Assembly: GCF_032062105.1 (NCBI RefSeq)
Contig: NW_026933569.1
Coordinates: forward strand, 1 to 58,805
Length of the DNA stretch: 58,805 bases
Source: Saccostrea cucullata
Lineage: Eukaryota
Reading direction: 5' to 3'
Numbering within the stretch: position 1 is the stretch's first letter; each line of letters opens with the position of its first letter. Position numbers and translations under genes: made by a program. The notes below the pieces were generated by a model that was not told the origin of the DNA, did no database searches, and saw only the letters and a list, made by a program, of their open reading frames with translations. This document shows, in pieces, positions 10,994 to 24,029 of the stretch.

Positions 10994-13900
10994 TGATGTC
11001 CCTAAAGAAATCTTGGTTTCTTCTTAATGAAAATTTAATTTTTGAAGACCAGTGCTGCAGAGTTGTTATGATGAGAGAGCAATGACGCAAGGCGGGAATC
11101 TATTATCAGGGGAAAAGAACAAGGGACGATAACATCGTTTGCATGGACGTTTAGACTTTGATTTGTCGGTTACATGTACGTGTCGACTGACTTGGCTTGG
11201 ACTTCCGTGAAGCAGTCTCCTCATGTATTCCTAATGCCATTAATATGGACCTGATTCTTGTAAACAGGCAGCAGTATTTTACCGATCATCGTTAAAGCTT
11301 ATAAATATTCTTAATATTCAAGGACGCTGAATTAATTTTAGTTTCATTGTATAATTTAAAAAAATTTCATTCGTTGTTATAATTTTTTAAAATTTAAATT
11401 GTTTTACACGTAGAACTGAAAATGAACTTTTAAAAAAACTCCGAAAATCCGCATTCCAAACAATTTCTCTGCACATTTCTTCAAAAAAAAATAAATTCTC
11501 CAAAAGACAAAGGAATTTTCTTAACTATTTTTGAGTATGGAATGTCTTTCCCAGAGATGTTTATTTATTTCACTATGACCTTAAGACATTTTCGTATAAT
11601 ACATACATTTTTTTTGGCAAGCTTATTAGAAAGAAAACAAACCAAACAACAATAAATTTAGAAAACACCTAAATTTTTTCAAAAAAAAGAAGAATTTTGC
11701 AGTATGGTATTGTTAACTTTTTTAAAAAACATTACTTTAGTGCATTAAAGATAGATTTCATCTCGAAGTTTCATTCTGATAGCACTTTCTGATAGTCCTA
11801 ATTAAACGTAAAAATTACTACAGGATTTTTGATTGTTTTCTGTTTGATAGTGTTAACCTTATCCAAGCTAATCCACTTATTAGACAAGTACTTTACCAAA
11901 AAAGTTTTTTTTAAAAATCATTACATGTAATTGTATTTCAACTCGCTTCGTTGTACATAACATTCCATGGAAAATTTGAGTATGAGGGTTGGCGGCCATT
12001 TCTAAATAAACAGGTATATCTGTTGATAAAAACAAAAGTAAAGGACATAAATTCATGTACAGTCACGTCTGCTGAGATTATTTCAGATAATCACATAAAA
12101 TAAAATTCTTTATTCCCAAACAAAAACCCGAAGGAAACTTAAAAATAGCGAATAAAAGAAAATCTTTAAAATAATCTTTACGTTGAAAGAGGCAGCAGCA
12201 TACATCTCAGGTGATATTTTATCAATAATGAAATTAATGTTGTCCTTGAACATTAAAAGTAAAAGATATACACCAGGCTATCATTAATTAGAAAATCTGG
12301 TGGTTTTGATTATTATGTAGGAAGAGGGCGAATAAGTTTTTTCGGTCACTTTATGTACAAGTCCGATCCTATCAGGACCAGATGTGCAGGAATCTTTGAC
12401 GTCTTTTTCTGTCAAGTCGAGTTTTTTTTCTGCTGACTTGTAGTGATGTGATGATGGTTTTCATCTCGAGAAGCTTACTTGGTTTTCATATTGCTGTTTT
12501 CCACATCCTTTGCTGATCAGCATTTTCTATTCCAGTGAGATGGTTTTGTAATGCTACATGTTTTAAGGCTTTCGATGTTGTGTAGATCTTGTTCAAGATT
12601 TAAAGAAACAAGTTGATTCCCAAGAATAAGCCCTGTTGTTTTAGTGACCAAACTGCATAAAATAACTCATATATTTACGAACAATGAAGGCCTGTTGGTA
12701 TTGCCTCTGACTGTTTTTCTCCGTTAGGGTAACATGTAATGCATGGATGCTGAATCTACCTACATTTAACTCCTGCTTCTATCAAGATGAGCTTCAGATT
12801 GTTCAAGTTTTTAGGCATGCAAGTCACTTCCCAAGTAAGTGTTTAGTTCATTTTGGAGGAATCTTGTATTTTGATCTTGCAACTAGGAATTACGCCACAT
12901 TACGAGACTTGCTTTAGGTAGATCTGGCCTATTTTAATGCAGTTGTATTAATGACAAAATTTCCAGTTGAGTTACTTGCATGCAGGTTCTATATAGATTA
13001 AAAGTGCCTTCCTATAGGTACAATTTTATAACTTTTAAGCCTTCTGATGACTAAGCATGCATGCATGGAATGATGAATCTAGGGATGCACACCTCTGGAT
13101 TTGCTTTAAATGCTGGATTTGACTATATACAATCAGGCGTGTATGGATATACCTTTTAGCAGGTAAATTCCGATGGATTTTTGGCCATACCTTGGATTCT
13201 AAACAGTTTGTCAGCGCCTCCTCTTAAACCACAGAATTTTGTCAAACTTTGGTAGGAAAAAGATAGACATAAATAAAGGCATTGAGCACTGGGGCGTAGG
13301 TTTACCCCCTCCTGTCCCCCCCCAATTGTACTTTAAAAATGAAATAAGTCTGATATCTCGCGTTTGTACGTTTGGACAATTTACTAAATTTTTTTTATTA
13401 ATTTAAAATTAATAAAAATTAATAAAAACTGGAATAAGCTTTCCACAAAAAACCCTAACAAGACAAAATGTTGGATTCAGGTAAAATTGTTAAGCTTTCC
13501 CAACATCATTTCAAAAAAAGTGACATCCTAGTTTTTATAGATCTCTCTGAAGCCATTCAAGTTTTTGATTGTAAAATAGCAGTTATTATCAAGGTGAAAA
13601 AAAAACATCATAAGGTACAAATCTCGTCTAATGGAATTTTAAGGTAAGTCACTCGTCAGTTTTTTAGAAAAGTTCACGCAGAAGCTTTTACTTCAAAACT
13701 ACTTATTAAAATTCAATTTTTAAAACATATTTAAATTCAACAATGTAAATTTTTTAACATTCAATGAAAAAACTGCTCAAAAATCTCAAAGAAAAATTTA
13801 CAACTATTGAGATTTAATGAAGTAGAAGCAAGATATTAATTAGAAATATTGATTTTCTTTTGGTGGAAGGAAAAATATTTAGCTTTAGAAAATTCTGCAA

Positions 13901-15224
13901 ATGTGCACATTTATAAAATTTAATGTAATGGAAATTTAGCCTCACATACTTTTACTCGGAGAATATTTTCCATTTTGATATTGCTAAAAATATTTAATAT
14001 AGATCTTAATTTATACTTTTTAGCACCTCTGTTTTACACATAGTTCCCTCAACAAATAAAAATTTCTAAAAAATGAAAATATATAAAATAGGAAAAAATA
14101 ACATACCTATTCCAGTGTGTTTGTGTCTGTGCTGGAAGGACACCAAAATTTACACCATTTTTTGCCTTTGTTTTAAAATCACAGGTAGTTTTGACAAATA
14201 TTTCAAAATTAACATCACTGACCCCAGTCATTTGATATATTCAATTCACATTTTAAACTACTCGATACTTGTGACTGATCAGCACTCAATTCGTAAAAAG
14301 TTTGATATAAGAAAAAAATTTGATTATTGCAGCATAGACATAAGGATTCTTTCTAGTTTCTGATAGATGAAATATTCAAAGTTATTTTTTATGCTTATAT
14401 ATTTAAAGAGATTTAAAAGACATATTTTTCTTTCCTCGTCACAATTGTACAACTTAAATAGAAATGGTAAACTTTGTTTGAAAATAGTAACATAAATGCC
14501 TATGAAACTATCTTTTTTCTGCCTCTCAAAATTATTATAGAACATTGAATTTAGTTATAATTTTTGCAATCAAAAACTACACGAAATTTTCAAATGTAAG
14601 TCAAATTATAATAAGAGACTAAAGTTTCAAAATATATCAAATAAATAAGATTTTTCACACATACTAGAATTATGTCAACTTTTAAATGCTTCAAATCTAA
14701 GTACAGATTTGCAGCCAAATATCGGTAAAAAGTGTTATTTCTCTCTTAGTAAACGATCAAAACTTTTAGTTTTTGTATCATTTTGTACCTTTATGTGACT
14801 ACTTTACTATATGTGAAAATGAGAAAAAGTTAAAAATAGGAAGCATATAAAGATAACTAATAAATCCTAAAAATTTAAGAAAAGTACAGGAAATTCGGAT
14901 TAGCAAATATCCAATGCATTTTATTTGAATTTTTATGTCAATTTGGTTATATCATCTTATATGCCCTTTATGGTTGTATCTTTTTGTGCAAAAAGAAAAA
15001 CATTCAATCTTTTGAATTACAAGTAGGGATCGCATGATTGGAAACAGTAATTCTTTATTCTTAATATCCAGGAAAAGGATAATGACCTTGACCTGACCTT
15101 GCCTCTAATATTAAACGGTCAAATTTAATGTCACTGATACCATCACTTAGTGATATTGTCCTCTTGATTCTGTGAAAATTTCATTAATTTTTGAATACAA
15201 AAAATTTGAGAAGAATCCTACCAT

Positions 15225-18200
15225 AAACACACGGGAGAAGGTATGTTATTTTTTTCTCCCATACATGAGTTGTCATTCTTTATTTATCTTTGTCATAGGT
15301 GCAAGTTTTAGTAAATTTCTATTTCCAGAAGAATATTTATTAATATACATACAAAAACTGAGTTTTTGATTGCTGATGTACTCAGTATTCAAGTCACATT
15401 CTGAATGAGTAGTGTAAGTGGTACCAATTGCTCATTTTCCTGGTTTCGTCTATACTTAACTTTAGACAAACCCAGTGGATTTTAACAGTGATTTGAGTCA
15501 TTCACTGATAAAAGTTCAGAATGTAACTTGTACATAGACTTGGATGTGATAGAATCAAGAAACAACAGTGCTTGATGTCCACTTCCAGCACAGACACAAA
15601 CACATGTACACTGGAGGAAGTAAGTTTTTTTTCTCCCATACATGTGTGATCATTCTTTATTTTATCTATGTCATAGGTGCAAGTTTTGGTAAATTTCTTT
15701 TTTTCAGAAGAATATAACGAGCATGAGTATGGAGACAAAAACTGAGGTGTTGATTGCTAATGTATTCAAGTCACATTCTGAACGAGTGGTAAGTGCAAGT
15801 GGTACTAGTTGCTAATGTCCCTGGTTTTGTGTATGCTTTACACAGACCCAGTGGAATAAAAACTGATTTGAGCCACTCAAAGACAAAAGTTCAGAATGTG
15901 ACTTGCACATACTCTCGGATGTGATAGAAGCAAGGAACAACAGTGCTTGATGTCCACTTGCAACATAAGCAATAACACACTGGAGAAGGTATGTTTTTTT
16001 TCTCCCATACATGTGTGGTCATTCTTTATTTTATCTATGTCATACACTGTAGCTGCAAGTTTTAGTAAATTTTTATTTCCAGAAGAATTGAGGAGCATTA
16101 GTATGGGGACAAAAACTGAGGTGCTCATTGCTGATGTATCGAAGTCACATTCTTAATGAGCAGTGCAAGTGGTACTAGTTGCTAATGTCCCTGGTTTCGT
16201 CTATGCACAAATCCAGTAGATTGAAAAAACTGATTTGAGCCAATCACTAAGAAAATCAAATGTGACTTGTTTTAGTCGTCGATGCGATAGAAGCAACCTA
16301 AAAAAAAAAACAGACAGTGCTTGATGTCCATAGGCAAAACACACTGGAGAAGATATGCTTTTTTTTTACTATAATGTATGTGTTGTCATTCTTTATTTTA
16401 TCTAAGTCGTATGCAAGTTATGGTAAATTTCTTTTTTCAGAAGAATATAAAAAGCATTAGTATGGAGACAAAAACTGAGGTGCTAATTACTGATGTATTC
16501 AAGTCACATTCTGAATGAGTAGTAAGTGCAAATGGTACCAGTTGGTAATGTCCCTTGTTTTGTCTATCTTTAAGACAAACCCAGTAGGTTAAAAAACTGA
16601 TTTGAGCCACTCACTAATAAAAGTTCAGAATGTGACTTGAACGTAGCCTTTGATGTGATACAAGGAACAAAAAAAAAAAAAAAAACCCAGACAGTGCTTA
16701 ATGTCCAGTTTATTGCAACAAAGGCAAAACACACTGGAAAGGTATGTTTTTTTATTCTACATAATCTATGTGTTGTCATTCTTTATTTTATACGTCATAG
16801 CTTTAAATTTTGCAAGTTTTCTATTTTCAAAAGAATATTAAAAGCATTAGTATGGAGACAAAAACTTAGATGCTAATTACTGATGTATTCAAGTCACATT
16901 CTGAATGAGTAGCAAGAATGAGTACCCGTTGCTAATGTCCCTGGTTTTGTCCAACTTTAAGACTAACCCAGTGGATTAAAAAACTGATTTGAGCCACTCA
17001 CTGATAAAATTTCAGAATGTGACTTGTACATAGTCTTGGATGTGATAGAAGCAAGAAACAACAGTGCTTGGTGTTCACTTCAAGCACACACACAAACACA
17101 CTTGAGAAGTTATGTTATTTTTTCCTCCCATACATGTGTGGTTATTCTTTATTTTATCTATGTCATACACTGTAGCTTCAAGTTTTAGTAAATTTTTAAT
17201 TCAAGAAGAATTAAGGAGCATGAGTATGGAGACAAAAACAGATGCGTTGATTGCTGATGTATTCAAGTCACATTCTTAATAAGTAGTGCAAGTGGTACCA
17301 GTTGCTAATGTCCCTGGTTTTGTCTAAGCTTTAGACAAACCCAGTGGATTCAATAACTGATTTGAGCCGCTCACTGATAAAAGTTCAGAATGTGACTTGT
17401 ATATAGTCTTCGATGTGAGAGAAGAAAACCGGGCTATAAAAAAAAAGAAAAAAACAACCAGACAGTGCTTGATGTCCACTTGCTTGCAACATAGGCAAAA
17501 CACACTGGAAAAGGTATGTTTTTTATTTTGTTCTACCATATATGTGTTGTCATTCTTTATTTTATCTATGTCATAGGTGCAAGTTTTGATAAATTTCTTT
17601 TTTTCAGAAGAAAATGAAAAGCATTAGAATGGAGTCGAAAGACTGATGTGCTCTTTGCTGATGTATCAAGTCACATTCTGAATGAGTAGTGCAAGTGGTA
17701 CCAGTTGGTAATGTCCCTGGTTTTGTCTATCTTTAAGACAAACCCAGTAGATTAAAAAACTGATTTGAGCCACTCACTGATAAAAGTTTAGAATGTGACT
17801 TGTATTTAGTCTCGGATTTGATAGAAGGAAGAAACAATAGTACTTGATGTCCACTTGCAACACAAGCAAAACTCACTGGAGAAGGTATGTTTTTTTCCGC
17901 ATACATGTGTGGTCATTTTTAATTTTATCTATGTCATACACTGTAGCTGCAAGTTTTCATTTCCAGAAGAATTGAGGAGCATTAGTATGGAGACAAAAAC
18001 TGAGGTGTTGATTGCTCATGTATTCAAGTCACATTCTGAATGAATACTGCAAGTGGTACCAGTTGCTAATGTCCCTGGTTTCGTCTATGCTTTAGACAAA
18101 CCCAGTGGATTAAAAAACTGATTTGAGCCACTCACTAAAAGTTCAGAATGTGACTTGTACAAAGTCTTCGATGTAATAGAAGCAAGAAAAAAATCAGACA

Positions 18201-18775
18201 GTGCTTGATGTCCACTTGCTTGCAACATAGGCAAAACATACTGAAGAAGGTATGTTATTTTTCTCTACCATATATGTGTTGTCATTCATTATTTTATCTA
18301 GGTCATAGGTGCAAGTTTTGGTAAATTTCTTTTTTCAGAAGAATATAAAAAGCATTAGTATGGAGACGAAGACTGATGTGCTTATTACTGATGTATTCAA
18401 GTCACATTCTGAATGAGTAGTAAGTGCAAGTGGTACCAATTGCTAATGTCCCTGAATTTGTCTATATTCAAGACAAACCCAGTAGATAATAAAACTGATT
18501 TGAGCCACTCACTGATAAAAGTTCAGAATGTGACTTGTACATGGTCTTGGATGTGATAGAAGCAAGAAACAACAGTGCTTGTTGTCTGCTTGCTTGCAGC
18601 ACAGACACAAACACACTGTAAAAGGTATATTATTATTTTCCCCCATACATGTGTTGTAATTCATTATTTTTTGTCTCTCAAAGCTGTAAGTTTTAGTAAA
18701 TTTCTCTTTTTAAAAGAATATAAGGAACATGAGTGTTGAGAAAAAGAATTGAACACACTAAAATGGTATGTTTTT
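15225..18775. repeat. Tandem satellite, ~9.5 units of ~365-405 bp
   Basis: An ACACTGGAGAAGGTATG-like anchor recurs at ~15228, 15609, 15977, 16341, 16731, 17097, 17502, 17872, 18238 and 18613. Each unit carries CAAGTCACATTCTGAA and its reverse complement TTCAGAATGTGACTTG. Confidence 0.92.
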
Positions 18776-19509
18776 CTTTTGTATTCCGTTTTTACAATGA
18801 GCGCCTCTAGGCCAGCTGTTTTTAAAAAATTCATTAGAGAAGAATGCTTTAGATATGCAAGAAACACTACGTACTGACCCTTAAATCTTAACACGCATTC
18901 TCTGTAAGCACCAAAAAATCTTGGAAACGACATGTCTCGGATTTTGATGAAATTTTCACCATAGGTGTGTCTTGGTACAAAACTAGTAAATATGTTGTCG
19001 GAAGTTCCACATGTGCACTTGGTTGCCATGGAGACGGATACATTGAATTCGGCCATTTTTGGCCCATTTTGACGAAATGAAAACGTGAAAATTGAGGAAA
19101 TGTAAATGAATATTTATCGGTATCTAATACACTCTAACAAAAATCATTGGATCATTTGATAACAGGATCTTTTAAGGTGCACAGAGCATATAATCGTTTA
19201 TTCTAGAAATATTCTTCCTGTAAGAAAAAGGTCATGCACAATGATATGGTTTCTAAAAAATTGAAAAATGGGGAAATTGGAATTTTTTAAGATCTTTGAG
19301 GCTAAATAAGAAAAATTGTCCGCGGAAATTTCTCAAATCTTATGTGTGTAATTATACTTAGGGATAAGTAGTGTCATTCCATGAAAAAACATAAGTGGGC
19401 TTTTGCTCCTATTTTTAGTAACATGTATCTATAAATAGATATATTTTAGAAAAATGTGAAATTTCAAATTTTGGCAAAGTTTTAATTGTCATTACTGTAT
19501 AATTAGAAC

Positions 19510-21380
19510 GTATGTTGTAAAATTTGAAATTTAAATGACAAGAGCTGGACACCACTAGCTGGTATGGACAACGGTTGAGGGGAATTCCCATTTCTATATT
19601 TAGTATCAGGTTGCTAAATATAGATATGTCTCTGAATATTAGGAAAAATGGTATTTTCGTTCTAATTGGAAGCTTCATATAAGAAGTTCTAACAAATATA
19701 AAGTTTTCTACTGTCTGCTGTCAATATGCACGTGTTTGTACAATAAATGCTGCAATATTGAGGATGGACTCTTGTTTCATTTTATAGCAACAATGGTCTA
19801 AAAATAGATTACTCGAATAATTGAGAAAATGTAGATTATTGCACTTTTTTAAGCACTTTAAAGATGTGATTGCTGATAACTTAGGAAGTGTATTGTAAAA
19901 TTTGAAATGTTAATGACAAGACCTTGATACCACTTGCTGGTATGGATTATTGTTAAGGGAATTCCCCTTTCTATTTTTAGTATCAGGTGGCTAAATATAG
20001 ATATGTCTCTGAATATTAGGAAAAATGGCATTTTTGTTCTAATTGGAAGCTTCATATAAGAAGTCCTAACAAATATAATGCTTTCTATAATATTTTTACA
20101 GAATGTACATGTGTTTGTTCAATAATTGCCACAATATTGAGGATGAACTCTTGTTTCATTTTATGGCAAGAATGGTCTAAAAGTAGATTACTCGAATAAT
20201 TAAGAAAATGTAGATTATTGCACCTTTTCAGGCACTTTTAGATGTAGTTGCTGCATAATGAGGAAATCTTTTGTAAAATTTTAGATGTTAATGACAAGAT
20301 CTGGATACCACTAGGCGGTATGGATAATTGTTGAAGGGAATTCCCATTTCTATTTTTAGTATCAGGAGGCTAAATATAGATATGTCTCTGATATATTAGG
20401 AAAAATGGCATTTTTGTTCTAATTGGAAGCTTCATATAAGAAGTCCTAACAAATATAAAGCTTTCTACAATATGCTTTCAGAATGTACATTTGTTTGTAC
20501 AATAATTGCCACAATATTGAGGATGGACTCTTGTTTCATTTCATATCAACAATGGTCTAAAAAAAAAAGATTATTTGAATAATTGAGAAAATATACTAAG
20601 TAGATTATTGCACCTTTTCAAGCACATTTCTGATGTAATTGCTGCATAATGAGGAAATATTTTGTAAATTTTAGATGTTAATGACAAGATCGGGACACCA
20701 CTAGCTGGCCAGGTATGAATAATGGTTGAGGGGAATTCCCATTTCTATTTTTAGTATCAGGTGGATAAATATAGATATGTCTGAATACTAGGAAAAATGA
20801 CATTTTTCTTCTAATTGGAAGCTTCATATAAAAAGTCCTAACAAATATTAAGCTTTCTACAACATGCTTTCAGAATGCACGTGTTTGTACAATAAATGCT
20901 ACAATATTGAGGATGGACTCTTGTTTCATTTTATAGCAACAATGGTTTAAACATAGATTACTCGAATAATTGAGAAAATAATGTAGATTATTGCGCCTTT
21001 TTTAGGCACTTTATAGATGCCATTGCTGCTTAATAAGAAAGTACATTGTAAAATGTGAGATGTTAATGATAATAGCTTGACACCATTAGTCGGTGTGGAC
21101 AATGGTTGAGGGGGTTTCCCAATTCTATTTTTAGTATCACATGGCAAAATATAGATTTGTCTCTAAATATTATGAAAAAATGGCTAATTGCTAATTTGAA
21201 TCTTCCTACAAAATGTCTTAAATATAAAGCTTTCTACAATATGCCTTCCAAATGAACTCTTGTTTGTACAGGAATTGCTACAATGTTTTGGACTGACCCC
21301 TTTTTTTATACCAACAATGGTCTAAAAAGATTCTTGAGAATAATGAGAAAATATCAGTTATTGTACCTTTTCAGGCAATG
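19510..21380. repeat. ~380-bp tandem repeats in the left arm of the foldback element (~5 units)
   Basis: GAAGCTTCATATAA anchor at ~19670, 20047, 20427 and 20819, degenerate at ~21200. Confidence 0.88.
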
Positions 21381-21667
21381 TTGGAAAGAAAAATCAATGT
21401 TATACCCGGTAGACGTTGTGTGACTGACAAATACTTATAAAATAATTTAGTGAAATGCACACTATCTGAAGAGGGGCTCTCTTTTCTAATTATAGCACAT
21501 CCACTTATATGTAGCAACTTCTCAGCAAAAGAAGAAAAAATAACAAAGGATTGAAGGAGCTTCATTGATAACATATTTACGAAATATACTGCTGTATTCA
21601 ATATGTCATGAGTATAATTAAGTTTTCCTAGTAAAATAATCATGTGACTGATAAGTATAAAATATAT

Positions 21668-22925
21668 CCCATACCGAAAATATTGCCTACCTGCAAATAT
21701 TTGCTGCATGTCTCCAGCAAACATTGCTGCATGCTTGCAGCAGACATTGCTGCAAGCTTGCGGCAATGTAGCCAAAGAAAGCATGACAGTCTATACAAAG
21801 CCTTGGTATTTTCAGCAAGTTAGCGGCAAGTCTGCAGCAAGCTTGCTGCAAACTTTTACCATGCAAATGAGTTTTGCTGCAACTCCGCAGCAAACATTGG
21901 ATTTTCATAATACCTTTAACTATGCTGCAAGCTTGCGGCAAACATTGCTGCAAGCCTGCCGCAAACATTGCTGCTAACTTGCAGCAAACAATTTCCTTAT
22001 GGTTTTGGCACATTCCTTTGTACAAGCAGCAAGTTCACAGAAAGCCTTTGTCCTGACCTAAATCTGTTAAGTCTAGAGAAAATCCACCACATGTTTCTGA
22101 AAAGATGCAGTTTTATGAAGTTATGATGGGAACTCTATACGTTCCTAGACAAAGTTTTCATACCTTTTTAAAATGAAAGTGCATGATAACTTTTTATATG
22201 AACAGAACTTTAAGAACTTTACATATAATTTTTAATAAATATTTTTGTGATTACACATTTACTAATTAATTTGATAACATTTAACTGATTTGGGTCCATT
22301 AATACTTTTAAGAAGTATACATATGTGATATCAAAAAGAGGACTGAAATTCATAAGAAACAGATTTAGATTTGACCTAGCATTTACACCAGTTACTCAAA
22401 CGTGCACAAGAAATATTCTTTCAAATATCATGTTTAAATTAAAATCATTTCTTACCAATTAGATATCATTTATAGAATGAACGCCTACATCCAGAGTTTG
22501 GCACTTTTAATCATTCAAATCGATGTAAATTCCTACCAAAATACTGAAACATGTACAACTTCAATTCCAACATGTCAAAATGGCCAGTTTTGTGTTGACC
22601 CAGTACAATCTGTGTTTCATTGGCTGATTTGACTTATTTACTGTTCTTGCGAACTTCCTGCAAACATTTGAATTGTGAAAAGTTTCCTGGGAATTTTGAA
22701 CATTAAATTGGCGTGTATGTTTCTTGCAATGTTCCTGCAAACATGTTGGGTTCCTGCGAATTTGCTGCAAGCTTGCAGCAATTGCTGCAATGTTTGCCGC
22801 AAGATCGCAGCTAGCGGCAATCATCTGCGAACAAGAAAATTTTCTTCCTGCGACCAATTTTGTTTGCTGCAAGCTTGCAGCAGACTTGCTGCAGCCCTGC
22901 AGCAAACATATCAGTTTGGTAAGGG
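21668..22925. mobile_element. Non-autonomous EnSpm/CACTA(CMC)-like element nested in the centre of the foldback element
   Basis: AT|CCCATACCGAAAAT ... ATCAGTTTGGTAAGGG|AT: imperfect TIR with CCC/GGG termini and a 2-bp AT duplication. Both ends carry many subterminal (G)CTGCAAGCTTGC(AG) motifs in both orientations. Confidence 0.7.
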
Positions 22926-24029
22926 ATGTCATATCGGTAGTTAACGTAATCTAATAAGCATAAAAACAATAATGATATTCAGTTCTAATTATATTTGAAA
23001 TATGTAAAATCAATGAGGACTTCCATTTCTATTTATAGAAACAAAGAACAAGGTACAGTTTCAATACAAAATATTTAAAGCCCTATATTTTTCTAAAATA
23101 TGAAAGTGATATAGGAAATAAAAATTCACTCTTTCTGAATCATAAGAATTCCCTCCAGTAAAAATACACAAGTCGTTTTTTCTGATATGACCTCCTAAAT
23201 GCTAATTGTGACGTCATTAACTTGTGTATTTTCCCGTATTTTCTTTAAAAGTTGCAGAATACATCAATTTGCAGTGGAATTTTTTCTTTCAGAAGACATA
23301 CTCTGCCACTCTCGCCTGGAGAGATTTTGAGATAAACGACATGTGATTTTTCATAGCAGTTTACATAATATATCCAAAAATTAAAGAGGGCGACGGTGGA
23401 TAAAGGAAAATCAGCACAGAAATGAGTCGTTTTGAGGCTTTTCTGCATTAAACTTAAAAGTGTACCAAATTAATTACGTCATATATCCTGAACGACCCCC
23501 TTTCATGTCATATTCTTTAAAGATCTATCATATTCATCTACTCAATGATTGTAAAATCCAATTTCACAACTTTTTAAGAACATTAAATTTTTAGGGCACA
23601 ATAAAGCTTAAACCGCACCTTCTTATAAAAGAGACCAGAGGGCATCAACAGTGATGAGAGTAACCCTGTAACAGATCAGTGAAATGGCATTTTAACAAGG
23701 TCTTGTTATTAGAGATTAGATTCCCTAGTATCTCCTCTTGTTTCAAGAGAAAATCCCTATGTTTTGTACATGTATTAACAAAAATCCTTAGATACTCTAT
23801 GACAATTTTGACAAAAATGACAAAAGGTTCTTGAAATATATTGACTATCAAAAAAAATGCAGACCACAGAAACTGCCATATAGAATACACTCTTTGAATC
23901 TTCGTCTAAAAATATTAAAAGTCTTTGGACAAAAAAAACTTGCAGATAAAAATATAGGTACATTGTCAAAGACTAGAATTAGGACAATCAGGAGTTATTT
24001 TACAGAACAATTGAAAAGATTCTTTAAGT

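Noticed and set aside
12340-13200. Less AT-rich stretch that might be decayed coding or retroelement sequence
   Set aside because: No ORF of 60 aa or more, and no recognisable protein motif in the frames examined.
15225-18775. CRISPR-like array, or a selenoprotein repeat (the in-frame stops in one unit are all TGA)
   Set aside because: Whole units repeat with no unique spacers and no cas genes. Four stops in ~94 codons is near random expectation, units have frame-breaking indels, and no SECIS element was identified.
21371-22954. Cys/Gln/Ala-rich overlapping ORFs on both strands
   Set aside because: Artefacts of stop-poor CTGCAAGCTTGCAG subterminal repeats.
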